DNA of 24,000 bases, taken from assembly GCA_044370655.1 (NCBI GenBank), contig JBILVD010000001.1, forward strand, positions 12,385-36,384, given 5' to 3'. A program made the position numbers and the translations under genes. This stretch comes from Candidatus Deianiraeaceae bacterium. GTDB lineage: Bacteria > Pseudomonadota > Alphaproteobacteria > Rickettsiales > Deianiraeaceae. Shown here piece by piece: positions 7,769 to 17,111 of this stretch (position 1 is the stretch's first letter; every line of letters begins with the position of its first letter). The notes under the pieces are model-generated. The model made no database searches, was not told the DNA's origin, and saw only the letters and a program-made list of their open reading frames with translations.

Positions 7769-8515
7769 ATGAAAATTCTAAAAGCACAAAAACTAAATCA
7801 GGATTTATCTATTACAATTATAACCTTCTATTACTTTGCTACAATTAAGGAAGGTATTCATTTATTTAGGGATAAACTTGAAGACTTTTGCAGAAAGCAT
7901 AATATTTTTGGAACTGTTTTAATTGCAGAAGAGGGCGTTAACGGAACTCTCTCTATTGCGAATGAAGATGTTGAAAAACTATATTCTTTTTTCGAAGTTT
8001 ATGAAGAATTTAAAGACATTACATTTAAAGAAAGTTATTATAAAACCCATGCTTTTGGAAAATTAAAAATTAGAATAAAAAAAGAAGTTGTTTCAAGCGG
8101 GGAAGCAAGGTGTGAATACAACCCTGGATTTTATGTTGAACCTAAAGATTGGGACACTTTTATATCAAGACCAGATGTTATCAACATTGATACAAGAAAC
8201 GATTTTGAATATATAATTGGCACTTTTAAAGGCTCTATAAATCCTAAAACTGATACATTTCGTGAATTTAAAGAATGGTGTGAAATTAATTTAAAAGATA
8301 AAAATCAAATTATAGCAGGCTTTTGCACTGGAGGAGTGAGATGTGAAAAATCTACCTCTTGGTTAAAAAAAGCAGGATACAAAAATGTTTATCACTTAAA
8401 AGGTGGTATCATTGGATATTTCATTGAAACAGGAAATGAAAATGGAATGTGGAGAGGAGATTGTTTTGTTTTTGACGATAGAGTTGTAATTAACGATAAA
8501 CTAGAATCATGTTAA
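7769..8515 (+). CDS. trhO: rhodanese-domain protein, UPF0176/TrhO family (tRNA U34 hydroxylase-like)
   Basis: Has 'GTVLIAEEGVNGT' and the rhodanese active-site loop 'CTGGVRCEKS', followed by 'GGIIGY', as in YceA/TrhO. Confidence 0.8.
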   Translation: MKILKAQKLNQDLSITIITFYYFATIKEGIHLFRDKLEDFCRKHNIFGTVLIAEEGVNGTLSIANEDVEKLYSFFEVYEEFKDITFKESYYKTHAFGKLKIRIKKEVVSSGEARCEYNPGFYVEPKDWDTFISRPDVINIDTRNDFEYIIGTFKGSINPKTDTFREFKEWCEINLKDKNQIIAGFCTGGVRCEKSTSWLKKAGYKNVYHLKGGIIGYFIETGNENGMWRGDCFVFDDRVVINDKLESC

Positions 8516-9258
8516 TTTTGCAAAAATGGCATTCTATTGGAAACGACTTTTTGATTTCAAAGCTTGAATTATCTAAGGAGGAAATAACAAGGCTTTGTGA
8601 TAGAAAATTTGGCATAGGGGCGGATCAGTTTGTTTTAATTCAAGAAGAGGAGAAAAAAGTCATTCGCTTTTTTAATCAAGATGGCACGGAGGCGGAAATG
8701 TGTGGAAATGCACTAAAATGTGTTACTAGCATTTTGCATCAAGAGACTTTAAAAACTGAATTTATCTTAAAAACGAAAAAAGGTTTAATAGAATGCAAAA
8801 TAGAGGAGGATGGTCTTTCCAAGGTGAATTTGGGCAAACCTCTTGAAGTAAGGGCGTTAAAAGAGGGCTTTTATGTGAATTTAGGAAACCCTCACCTTGT
8901 TATTTTTTGCAAACCTAATGACGACTTTATTGAACATAAGGGAAAGGAGATGCAGGTAAAATTTAGCGAAACAAACGGGATTAATGTGTCTTTTGTTGAA
9001 GTTATCGATAAGCAAAAATTATTAGTTAGAACATTTGAAAGAGGGGTAGGGGAGACGCTTTCTTGTGGTAGTGGCTCTTGTGCTTCATTTATTGCATCTT
9101 TTAACAAAGGCTTGGTTGAAGGTGCGGTGCAAGTTTTTAATAAAGGTAGTAAAAAAGTTCTTGCATTTAAAGAAAGTTGTCATCTAATTTCTTTTGAGAG
9201 TGAAAATGTTGTACTTAGAGGAAAAGGAACAAAAGTAGCAGAAATAAAAATTTATTAA
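8509..9258 (+). CDS. dapF: diaminopimelate epimerase
   Basis: Has 'GNDF' near the N-terminus, 'CGNA' (first catalytic Cys), 'GNPH' and 'ERGVGETLSCGSGSCA' (second catalytic Cys). Confidence 0.9.
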   Translation: MLILQKWHSIGNDFLISKLELSKEEITRLCDRKFGIGADQFVLIQEEEKKVIRFFNQDGTEAEMCGNALKCVTSILHQETLKTEFILKTKKGLIECKIEEDGLSKVNLGKPLEVRALKEGFYVNLGNPHLVIFCKPNDDFIEHKGKEMQVKFSETNGINVSFVEVIDKQKLLVRTFERGVGETLSCGSGSCASFIASFNKGLVEGAVQVFNKGSKKVLAFKESCHLISFESENVVLRGKGTKVAEIKIY

Positions 9259-9276
9259 GTAAGTTTAAGTAATGAT

Positions 9277-11013
9277 ATGAAGACTTTTTTTGACTTGTTA
9301 AAAAAAATAGAAGTTAACCACCCAAAGCAGAATTTTCTATCTTTGCTTGCAAATGGAGAATCTTCTAGTTTACAATACGGATTATGCTTAGAGTATATAA
9401 GTAATATAGCCAATTTTTTAGCCATTAAAGGTTTTAAAAAGCAAGATAAGATAGTAATTATAATGGAATCTTCTCCTTTGTGGCTTTGTGTTGATTTGGC
9501 AATAACAAAGTCAGGTTGCATATCCGTCCCTATGTTTTCCAATCTTTCCTTTGATAATATGGTTTATCAATTTGAAAATTGCGAGGCAAAGGCAATCTTT
9601 CTTCAAGATGAAAATGTTTTTAACATAGTAAAAAAAACAGGCTATAAATTTGAATATATATTTATTTTAAATCAGCTTTCTCAAGATTTTATAGAAAAAA
9701 ATCACGAATTTAACATTATTTCAATTGAAGAAATAGCAAAACAGGGGTTTTTGTATAAAATTGAGGCAAGAGATTTGCTTGATGAAATTGAAAAAAATGT
9801 AAATGAAGACGATACAGCAACAATAATTTACACAAGTGGAACATCAGGGAGACCAAAAGGCGTTGAACTAACGCATAAAAACCTTATCTCCCAACTTGGC
9901 ATGATAGATGTAGGTTTTGAAAATGTCTTAAAATCTAGCGAAGATTGCGTGTTTTCCTTTTTACCTTTGGCTCACATTTTTCAAAGAACGGTAACATATT
10001 ATTTTATATCAAAATGTGTTAATTTTTACTTTTCAAACGATATTAAATCTATATCTGACGATTTAGAAAAAGCGAAGCCATCAGCAGTTACGGTTGTTCC
10101 TAGGTTTTTAGAGAAAGTGAAAAATGGATTGAATGAAAAAATCAAAAACAATCCGTCTAAAATACAAAAACTAATTGGAAGGCTTTGCTATAATTACGCA
10201 CTCAATCACGAGCCAACAAAAAGACATAGTTTTTTATATAAAATTTACGATAAAATCTTATACTCTAAAATAAGACAAAAGTTAGGTGGCAAAATTAAAG
10301 CAATGATATGCGGAGGAGCTTCCTTGCCAGATGAAGTCTATCGTTTTTTTATAAATATTGGAATTCCACTTTATCAAGGATATGGTTTGACTGAAACATC
10401 TCCAGTTGTTGCAGTTAATACTCCAGATGAAAGTAAGATTTACACAATTGGTAAGGCAATGAGGGGAATTGAAGTTAAGCTAACCGAAGAAAGAGAGCTT
10501 TTAGTGAGAGGTCCAAATGTAATGAAAGGGTATTATAAAATTGGTAATGATGACGCTAGAGCTATCGATGAGAGCGGGTTTTTATATACAGGTGATTTAG
10601 CGGAGATTGATAGTGAAGGTTACATTAAAATTATAGGACGCAAAAAAGAGCAATTTAAAACATCAAACGGAAAGTTCATTAACCCTATTAAAATAGAAAG
10701 TATGTTAAATGCAATTCCTTACATAGAAACTTCTTGTGTTATTGCAGAAGGTAGACCGTTTGTAACAGTTATACTCTTCCCAAACGATGCAGGAGTTAGT
10801 AGAATATCGGAAGTTCAACTTTCTCTTCCAGCCTATATAAGGCAAATAAACGAGCAGCTTGACAGACACGAAAATATACATTACTTTCATCTAAATTCAA
10901 AGCCAGCTTCAATTGAGGGGGGGCAGATAACTCCATCAATGAAAGTTGTGAGGAGTGCAATTATAAATCAGTTTAAAAAGGTAATTGAAGATTTTTATTC
11001 AAGAATTCATTAA
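9277..11013 (+). CDS. long-chain-fatty-acid--CoA ligase / AMP-dependent synthetase
   Basis: Has the AMP-binding motif 'IIYTSGTSGRPKGVELTHKN', 'GYGLTETS', 'YTGDLAEID.EGYIKIIGRKKE' and a 'K...GKFI.P' C-terminal lid. The ORF is 578 aa. Confidence 0.85.
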   Translation: MKTFFDLLKKIEVNHPKQNFLSLLANGESSSLQYGLCLEYISNIANFLAIKGFKKQDKIVIIMESSPLWLCVDLAITKSGCISVPMFSNLSFDNMVYQFENCEAKAIFLQDENVFNIVKKTGYKFEYIFILNQLSQDFIEKNHEFNIISIEEIAKQGFLYKIEARDLLDEIEKNVNEDDTATIIYTSGTSGRPKGVELTHKNLISQLGMIDVGFENVLKSSEDCVFSFLPLAHIFQRTVTYYFISKCVNFYFSNDIKSISDDLEKAKPSAVTVVPRFLEKVKNGLNEKIKNNPSKIQKLIGRLCYNYALNHEPTKRHSFLYKIYDKILYSKIRQKLGGKIKAMICGGASLPDEVYRFFINIGIPLYQGYGLTETSPVVAVNTPDESKIYTIGKAMRGIEVKLTEERELLVRGPNVMKGYYKIGNDDARAIDESGFLYTGDLAEIDSEGYIKIIGRKKEQFKTSNGKFINPIKIESMLNAIPYIETSCVIAEGRPFVTVILFPNDAGVSRISEVQLSLPAYIRQINEQLDRHENIHYFHLNSKPASIEGGQITPSMKVVRSAIINQFKKVIEDFYSRIH

Positions 11014-11071
11014 ACTTTTTCTAAAAGATATTTTAATTGCTTGTTTCTAACATTATTGCACTTCGTAATTT

Positions 11072-11101
11072 TATAAAAGTTTTAGCAAAACACTTTTTAT
11101 A
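11072..11101. terminator. AT-rich imperfect hairpin between convergent genes (possible bidirectional terminator)
   Basis: In 'tataaaagttttagcaaaacactttttata', the inner stem GTTTT/AAAAC and the outer stem TATAAAAG/CTTTTTATA pair with a small bulge. It lies between the acyl-CoA ligase and prohead protease 3' ends. The stem has low GC, so the call is weak. Confidence 0.3.
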
Positions 11102-11130
11102 ATTTGTTTAAAGTGGTTTTCTTGCAATAA

Positions 11131-11499
11131 TTAAATACATATTGCAAAAGCATTTTTATTTGCCCCTTTTTTGACAACACTTATTTCAAATACTCTCAAA
11201 GAGGGAATATATCTAACACCATCTCTATCTTTAAATGTATTACTAGGAATAAAACCGATGCTTAAATTTATTTTCCTTTTCGCAAATTCAGGAATTATCT
11301 TCCCTTCCACAAAAAGCCCTCTATCGTTTTGAGTTATTCTTTCAATAACTCCTATCTTTTTTTTTGGGTTATGCTCTAATAATAAAGGAAGATGACAGGC
11401 TTTATCCCACTTTGCACCTCCCAATATTACATCTTTATTTAAATCTAATTGATTAAAAATGCTTGCATAACCATAAAAAAACTTGCTATTTTTAAACAT
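11131..11499 (-). CDS. HK97-family phage prohead protease (Peptidase S78/U35), orphan
   Basis: Matches the family pattern with '[22 protein letters not shown]', 'LPLLLEHN...IG', 'DRGLFVEG', 'LSIGF' and '[16 protein letters not shown]'. No portal or capsid gene is adjacent. Confidence 0.7.
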   Translation of the reverse strand: MFKNSKFFYGYASIFNQLDLNKDVILGGAKWDKACHLPLLLEHNPKKKIGVIERITQNDRGLFVEGKIIPEFAKRKINLSIGFIPSNTFKDRDGVRYIPSLRVFEISVVKKGANKNAFAICI

Positions 11500-11555
11500 T
11501 TTTATTAAGATTTTTCATATTTATAATATATCTATTTATTTTTAGTAAGCAAAAT

Positions 11556-11879
11556 ATGTTAATTAATTTATTAAAATCTAAAATCCACAGAGCAAGCGTT
11601 ACGGGTAGTGATTTAAACTACGAAGGCTCAATTTTTATAGATGAAAGCTTAATGAAAAAGGCAAATATTCTTCCATATGAAAAAGTGGAAGTTTATAACA
11701 TCAATACTGGAGCTAGATTTTCTACATATGCCGTTCCTGTTGAAGTTGAAGGTTCTATTTGTTTAAATGGTGCGGCAGCGAGGCTTGTGCAAAAGGGAGA
11801 CCTAGTTATTATCTGCACTTTTGCAATGATGACAGAAGAAGAGGCGAAGAATTTTAATCCGACTGTAGTTTTAATGTAA
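11556..11879 (+). CDS. panD: aspartate 1-decarboxylase proenzyme
   Basis: '[24 protein letters not shown]' contains the conserved self-cleavage G-S site. 'NGAAARL.QKGD.VII' matches PanD. Confidence 0.9.
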   Translation: MLINLLKSKIHRASVTGSDLNYEGSIFIDESLMKKANILPYEKVEVYNINTGARFSTYAVPVEVEGSICLNGAAARLVQKGDLVIICTFAMMTEEEAKNFNPTVVLM

Positions 11880-12478
11880 ATTTCGGTAATTATTTACTTG
11901 ATAAATCAAAAATGTCAAATTAATCAATCTTTATAATTTGGCATTAACAAACATTAATTACTTATTTAACAATTATCTTATCTCAAAAAAGTGAATTAAG
12001 TGTCCTAAGGAGCGTGGAAGTCGGGATTTATATTTTTCAATCAAAAAAAGAAAGAAGTAATATCAATTTAGCAATAATACAAAAAGAATGAGTTCAAATT
12101 GATAAAATATAATTCATCAAGAAGGGAAGCGTTGGGCTTTTAATTAGAATTAGAAGTGCAAAAGAATGTGATACATTTGAAGATAAAATCAAAGTAATGC
12201 TAAATTAGACAACTATCTAGTTTATAAAGAATTAACAACCAAAAGAAAGCAAAAATATTCAAATTGCATCTTAAAATTGTTCTTTTGGAGTGCTGTTAAT
12301 TAATGTTTTTCAATGCCTTATTATTTATGTAAGAAAAATCTATATTCAATCTAAGATTGTAATTTTAAATATGTAAAAAGCTTTAAAACCTTAATTTATC
12401 TTTAAATAGAATAAAAAATATTGATTAAATAGGTTGTTTTTACTTGACTTTTGATTTTATTTTACTACTTTCTATGAT

Positions 12479-13171
12479 GTGAAATATGCAATTACTATGT
12501 TTATGTCGGAGGAGATTAAAAAAACTTATTTTAGTGGGTTTTCAAGTGCAAAAACCATAACTTTAAAAAAGCCTATAAATCCGCAAACAAAGATTTTTGC
12601 TAAAAATGAGAATACTCAAATAAGCAGTGAAGAGGGCGAGATGCAAGCTTCAAAAAAGCAAAAATTTGAGAGCTTTTTAACGTATAGAAAGCGTCTTTCT
12701 CGCCTTGCAATAGTTCAAGGGCTTTACTTCTACGAGCAATTTTCCGTATTTAGCAAGGTTCCGTTTACAGATGAAGAAAAGGCAAATGAAGTTTACAGAA
12801 CAATCATTTACTTTTACAAAAGAATGTTTTTCTACGAAAAGTATGGAACAAACAAGAAAAATAAAAAACTAGAAGAACGCTTCGTAAGAGGGATTATAAC
12901 ATACTACGTGCTAAACTCCGAAAAAATTGATAACTATATTAAAAAATATTTATCAAAAAAATGGAGAATTAGCCGACTAAACTCTATCTTAAGAGCTGGG
13001 CTTAGAGGGGCAATTTGTGAAGCTTTATTTTCTCATAAAAAGCAATTTAAGCTTATTATTTGTGAGTATACAGACTTAGTCGCAACTACATTTTTAGAAG
13101 AAAAAGAAATTGCTTTTTTTAATGCTATATTAGACAATATAATAAAAGAAATTAAAGAAAATTATGAATAA
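12479..13171 (+). CDS. nusB: transcription antitermination factor NusB (ORF opens at GTG 12479; ATG 12641 is the more likely start)
   Basis: NusB-like helices run from 'RLSRLAIVQGLYFYE' onward, including 'LNSILRAGLRGAICE'. The first ~54 codons have no NusB counterpart. ATG 12641 is preceded by the purine-rich 'gaagagggcgag'. Confidence 0.75.
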   Translation: MKYAITMFMSEEIKKTYFSGFSSAKTITLKKPINPQTKIFAKNENTQISSEEGEMQASKKQKFESFLTYRKRLSRLAIVQGLYFYEQFSVFSKVPFTDEEKANEVYRTIIYFYKRMFFYEKYGTNKKNKKLEERFVRGIITYYVLNSEKIDNYIKKYLSKKWRISRLNSILRAGLRGAICEALFSHKKQFKLIICEYTDLVATTFLEEKEIAFFNAILDNIIKEIKENYE

Positions 13172-14114
13172 AAATCAAATAGCATTGGTTTTTCCCGGTC
13201 AGGGGTCTCAAACTTCTGGCATGGGGAAAGATTTATACAACAATTTCAAGGCATCTAAAGATGTCTTTGATGAAGTGGACGACTCTTTAAGTTTTCCTCT
13301 TTCTAAAATAATTTTTGAAGGCACGGAAGATGATTTAAAAAAAACAGAAAATACACAACCTGCGTTAATGGCAACATCAATTGCAACTCTAAGAGCTTTA
13401 GAGGATTTATCAAACAAAAAAGCTTCTCAGTTTGCAAAAGTTTTAGCTGGACACTCTTTAGGGGAGTACTCCGCACTTGTAGCTTCTGGCTCTCTATCGC
13501 TTAAAAACGCATCAATAATTTTGCGTAAAAGAGGGGAATTTATGTCAAATGCAATGCCAAAAGGAGGAGCTATGCTTGCAATTATCGGTTTAGAGGAGGA
13601 CGGAGTTTTAAAATTAATTCAAGCATCAAAAGGCAATTTAACACTAGTTATTGCAAATGACAACGCAAATGGACAGTTGGTGCTAAGCGGAAACGAGGAG
13701 GCTATTCTTAAGGCTCAATCTATTGCTAAAGACTTTGGTGCAAAAATGGCAGTAAAGCTTGAAGTTAGTGGGGCTTTTCACTCTCCCCTAATTTCAAAAG
13801 CAGCACAGCAAATGAGGGAGGAGCTTTCTAAATATGAAATTAACCTACCAAACATACCTATAATTAATAATTTAAATGCAAATTACTATAAAGAGAAGTC
13901 CGAAATGATAGATATACTGTCAAAACAAATAATCTCAAGAGTTAGATGGAGGGAAACGATGATAAAAATGAAAGAGGATAACATAAAATATGCAATTGAA
14001 TTAGGCTCTGGCAAGGTTCTTTGCGGTTTATTTAAAAGGACAGTAAAAGAAATTGAAACCTTTAATGCGGGTAACAAGACAGAAATAGAAAATCTTCTCA
14101 ATTTAATATCCTAA
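13164..14114 (+). CDS. fabD: malonyl CoA-acyl carrier protein transacylase
   Basis: Has 'ALVFPGQGSQ..GMG', 'NTQPALMATS', the active-site 'GHSLGEYSAL' and 'VSGAFHSPL'. Confidence 0.92.
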   Translation: MNKNQIALVFPGQGSQTSGMGKDLYNNFKASKDVFDEVDDSLSFPLSKIIFEGTEDDLKKTENTQPALMATSIATLRALEDLSNKKASQFAKVLAGHSLGEYSALVASGSLSLKNASIILRKRGEFMSNAMPKGGAMLAIIGLEEDGVLKLIQASKGNLTLVIANDNANGQLVLSGNEEAILKAQSIAKDFGAKMAVKLEVSGAFHSPLISKAAQQMREELSKYEINLPNIPIINNLNANYYKEKSEMIDILSKQIISRVRWRETMIKMKEDNIKYAIELGSGKVLCGLFKRTVKEIETFNAGNKTEIENLLNLIS

Positions 14115-14195
14115 AATATTTTTCCCAATCTAAAACAAATTTTACACAAATCTAAAGCCATTCTTTTCCCACATTTCCAGTTAAATTAATTTAGT

Positions 14196-14214
14196 TTATC
14201 TATTATTTAGATAA
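14196..14214. promoter_or_regulatory. inverted repeat TTATCTA-N5-TAGATAA upstream of the XRE regulator (possible operator)
   Basis: Perfect 7-bp arms (14196-14202 and 14208-14214) lie ~83 bp upstream of the HTH gene start. A 12-bp palindrome TAAATTAATTTA sits just 5' of the repeat. Confidence 0.3.
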
Positions 14215-14296
14215 CTTTTATAAAGTTAAGCGAAATATTATATTTGATTTATCCTCCAAAATATAGTTATATTACTTTTAATTTTAATTACTTGAT

Positions 14297-14515
14297 ATGT
14301 CAAAAGATATAAACAACACTATAGCGTCAAAGATGAAAATGGTGCGAAAAATGAACGGCTTAAACTTAAACGACGTAAGTAAGATTCTCAACGTCTCTCC
14401 TCAGCAGGTTCAAAAATACGAATCAGGGATAACTCGAGTTCCATTTAGTAAGTTATTCTTATTTGCAAGTTATTTTAAAATTTCTCCAGAGTTTTTCTTT
14501 AAAAAAGAAGATTAA
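14297..14515 (+). CDS. small XRE/Cro-C1-type helix-turn-helix transcriptional regulator
   Basis: 'LNLNDVSKILNVSPQQVQKYESGITRVPFSKLFLFASYF' fits the HTH_3 pattern (Q..(s)..E.G). The protein is 72 aa and sits alone between fabD and cydB. Confidence 0.7.
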   Translation: MSKDINNTIASKMKMVRKMNGLNLNDVSKILNVSPQQVQKYESGITRVPFSKLFLFASYFKISPEFFFKKED

Positions 14516-14553
14516 ACTTATAAGAATGGATAAAAATCCCTCATTTTAAGGTT

Positions 14554-15570
14554 TTAACTATAAAATTGATCGCTTTTTTGAAGCTTTCCTTTAAACACGG
14601 TGTAAGTAATTATGCTACAAAGAATAACAACGGGGAGCATAACAATTATTATCCAAAATGTCAATCTCATCGCTGGCTCCGAGTTTGCTGCCTCAAAAAT
14701 TGTATAATTTGGAAACAATAAGTAAGGCCACATAATAAAAACCTTCTTAGTAAGAGATGTTAAAAATATAGATGTAGTTAAAATAAATGTCTTAACTGTG
14801 TGAGATTTTTCTTTTAAAGACTTTAAAAGAAAAATAAAAATAAAAAATGCTAAAATGCTAAGCAATGCATAAACTCCAACTCTTAAGTTTGAATTAAAGA
14901 ACTGCTCTTTTAAACCTTCTTGAGAGTAAAGAAGCCAACCTTCCATCACGAAAGTTCCAATAAAAGAAATCAAAACAAGAGGTTTTATCATTCTAACCGC
15001 ACTCTCCGCAACCTCACCATCCATTTTGTATCTTGCAAAAGAAAGTCCTAAAATTGAATAAACAACAACGGTTAAAATTCCGGAAACGATGTTAAATGGA
15101 GTGATAAAGTCAAGCACACCTCCAAGATAAACCCCATCTTTCATGTTTAAACCTACAAAAGCTCCCGCAAAAAGCACACCTTGAAGAAAAGAGGCAAGAA
15201 AAGAGCCTAAAAAGAATGTGAAGTCCCATATTTTTTTATCCTCTCCTTGAGCTTTTAACCTAAATTCAAAAGAAAGACCGCGAATAAATAGCCCAGCAAC
15301 CATTAAAATTGCCGGAATGTAGAGAGAAGGTAAAACTCCAAAATAAACAACTGGAAAAGCGGCAACACCTATTGTTCCAACATAAATCAACCAAGTCTCG
15401 TTTCCATCCCATAAAGGAGCAATGGTGTCCATTAATTTACCTCTATGTTCTTTTTTAAAGCATAAAAATGTATTCCCTATTCCTAAATCAAAACCATCTA
15501 AAACAGCGTATACCACTAAACCTAAAACTAAAAAAAATGCAAGTATGCAAATTATTGTAATGAGTGTCAT
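14554..15570 (-). CDS. cydB: cytochrome bd ubiquinol oxidase subunit II
   Basis: A polytopic membrane protein with 'LDGFDLGIG' and 'WDGNETWLI' CydB signatures. It lies directly downstream of cydA. Confidence 0.9.
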   Translation of the reverse strand: MTLITIICILAFFLVLGLVVYAVLDGFDLGIGNTFLCFKKEHRGKLMDTIAPLWDGNETWLIYVGTIGVAAFPVVYFGVLPSLYIPAILMVAGLFIRGLSFEFRLKAQGEDKKIWDFTFFLGSFLASFLQGVLFAGAFVGLNMKDGVYLGGVLDFITPFNIVSGILTVVVYSILGLSFARYKMDGEVAESAVRMIKPLVLISFIGTFVMEGWLLYSQEGLKEQFFNSNLRVGVYALLSILAFFIFIFLLKSLKEKSHTVKTFILTTSIFLTSLTKKVFIMWPYLLFPNYTIFEAANSEPAMRLTFWIIIVMLPVVILCSIITYTVFKGKLQKSDQFYS

Positions 15571-15584
15571 ATTAAATGATTAAA

Positions 15585-16940
15585 TTATTTTAACTTTTTT
15601 TCCTGCTCACCATAAACTTCTATTAAGTCTACACTTTCAAGACCTTTAGTAAAGAGTTTTTTGATATAAACATACAAAGGAACTAAAATTAAAATGTAAA
15701 GTATTATTATAGAAATTAAACTAAAGGCAACTTGACCTGATTTTAAATTTGCAGAACCTGCATCCTTAATTCTCATAATGTTGTAGATTATCCAAGGTTG
15801 TCTTCCTATTTCAGTTACAAACCAACCAGCGATCACGGCAATGGGGCCTGTGTATCCAAAAATAGAAACCATGTAAAGAAAAATCTTATTTTCAAATAAG
15901 TTCTTTTTAAACCTTAAATACAAACTAAAAACCGCAATAGCAAGATATAAAAACCCAAGCCCAACCATTACTCTAAAGGAATAAAACACTAGTGCAACGT
16001 TAGGTCTATCTTCTTTTTTCCAATCTTTTAAACCTTGAACTTCTCCATCAAAAGAGTGAGTTAAAATGAAGCTCGTTAATTTTGGTATAGCAATTTCAAA
16101 TAAGTTTTTCTCCTCTTTTTGACTAGGAATTGCAAAAAGAATAAGTGGAACACCAGATTTAGTCTCCCACAAACCTTCCATAGCGGCAACTTTTACAGGT
16201 TGATACTTAAGAGTATTTAAACCGTGCATATCCCCCACAAGTATTTGAAGTGGAGCGAAAATCGTCAAAAGCCACATAGCAACCGAAAAACCTGCCCCAG
16301 CAACGGCAACTTCTTTCTTCTTAATAAGGTAGTAAGCAAGGACGGCAGAAGCAAGAAGAGCTCCTGTTAAGTAAGAGGCAATAAGCATATGAAACAAACG
16401 ATAAGGCATTGAAGGGTTAAATATTATCTCCTTCCAGCTTACAACGTGCAAAACTCCATCTATCAATTCAACTCCAGAAGGTGTATGCATAAATGAATTT
16501 ATAACAATAATCCAAAAAGCAGAATTATGAACTCCAACAAATACAAAGAATGTTGCAAATAAGTGAACCATAGGATGAACCCTCTTCCAACCAAATAACA
16601 TAATACCAATGAATATAGCTTCAAAGAAGAATGCAGTTAATGTTTCTGCAGCAAATAAAGGGCCAACAGCAGGGGCAGCAAATTGAGTGAATTTTGCCCA
16701 GTTCGTTCCAAATTGAAACGCCATTGGAATTCCGGTAACAACTCCAACTGCAAAATTTATCGCAAAAAACTTAGCAAAAAATCTAAACGCCGATATATAG
16801 TTTTTATTTTTTGTCTTAATCCATAAAACTTCTAAAAGTAAAAGTAAAAGTGCAATACCAATGGTAATTGCGGGAAATATTATATGATAGGCAATCGTGA
16901 ACGCAAATTGAATACGAGAAAGCATGTTAGCATCAAACAT
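15585..16940 (-). CDS. cydA: cytochrome bd ubiquinol oxidase subunit I (short Q-loop form)
   Basis: Has 'LSRIQFAFTIAYHIIFPAITIG' (haem-ligand His region), 'AAMEGLWET' and 'GWFVTEIGRQPWIIY'. Confidence 0.92.
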   Translation of the reverse strand: MFDANMLSRIQFAFTIAYHIIFPAITIGIALLLLLLEVLWIKTKNKNYISAFRFFAKFFAINFAVGVVTGIPMAFQFGTNWAKFTQFAAPAVGPLFAAETLTAFFFEAIFIGIMLFGWKRVHPMVHLFATFFVFVGVHNSAFWIIVINSFMHTPSGVELIDGVLHVVSWKEIIFNPSMPYRLFHMLIASYLTGALLASAVLAYYLIKKKEVAVAGAGFSVAMWLLTIFAPLQILVGDMHGLNTLKYQPVKVAAMEGLWETKSGVPLILFAIPSQKEEKNLFEIAIPKLTSFILTHSFDGEVQGLKDWKKEDRPNVALVFYSFRVMVGLGFLYLAIAVFSLYLRFKKNLFENKIFLYMVSIFGYTGPIAVIAGWFVTEIGRQPWIIYNIMRIKDAGSANLKSGQVAFSLISIIILYILILVPLYVYIKKLFTKGLESVDLIEVYGEQEKKLK

Positions 16941-16968
16941 AACTAAAAACTATTTTTCATCTTGTTTA

Positions 16969-16997
16969 TTTATAAAACAAAAAAACAAAAAAGTCAA
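16969..16997 (-). promoter_or_regulatory. candidate sigma70-type promoter for cydAB
   Basis: On the minus strand: TTGACT (16997-16992), an exactly 17-nt spacer, then TATAAA (16974-16969). The -10 ends 28 nt upstream of the cydA ATG. The AT-rich background makes chance matches possible. Confidence 0.4.
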
Positions 16998-17111
16998 TTA
17001 TAAAAATATTCTTTCTTACTTTAGAAACTTAATAAAAATACATATAAATAAATTTGACTTTTAGTAAATTTTATAATACTTAAACATGAAAAATAAGTAT
17101 AAATTTATTTT

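Noticed and set aside
12016-12025. 'GGAAGTCGGG' resembles the RNase P RNA P4 strand (GGAAAGUCCGGG)
   Set aside because: There is no complementary 3' P4 strand (ACAGAAnCCGGCUUA-like), none of the other conserved RNase P regions occur nearby, and the surrounding sequence is too AT-rich and unstructured.
17054-17077. TTGACT ... TATAAT upstream of the 17112 ORF as a promoter
   Set aside because: The spacer between the hexamers is only 12 nt, which is too short for a functional sigma70-type promoter.
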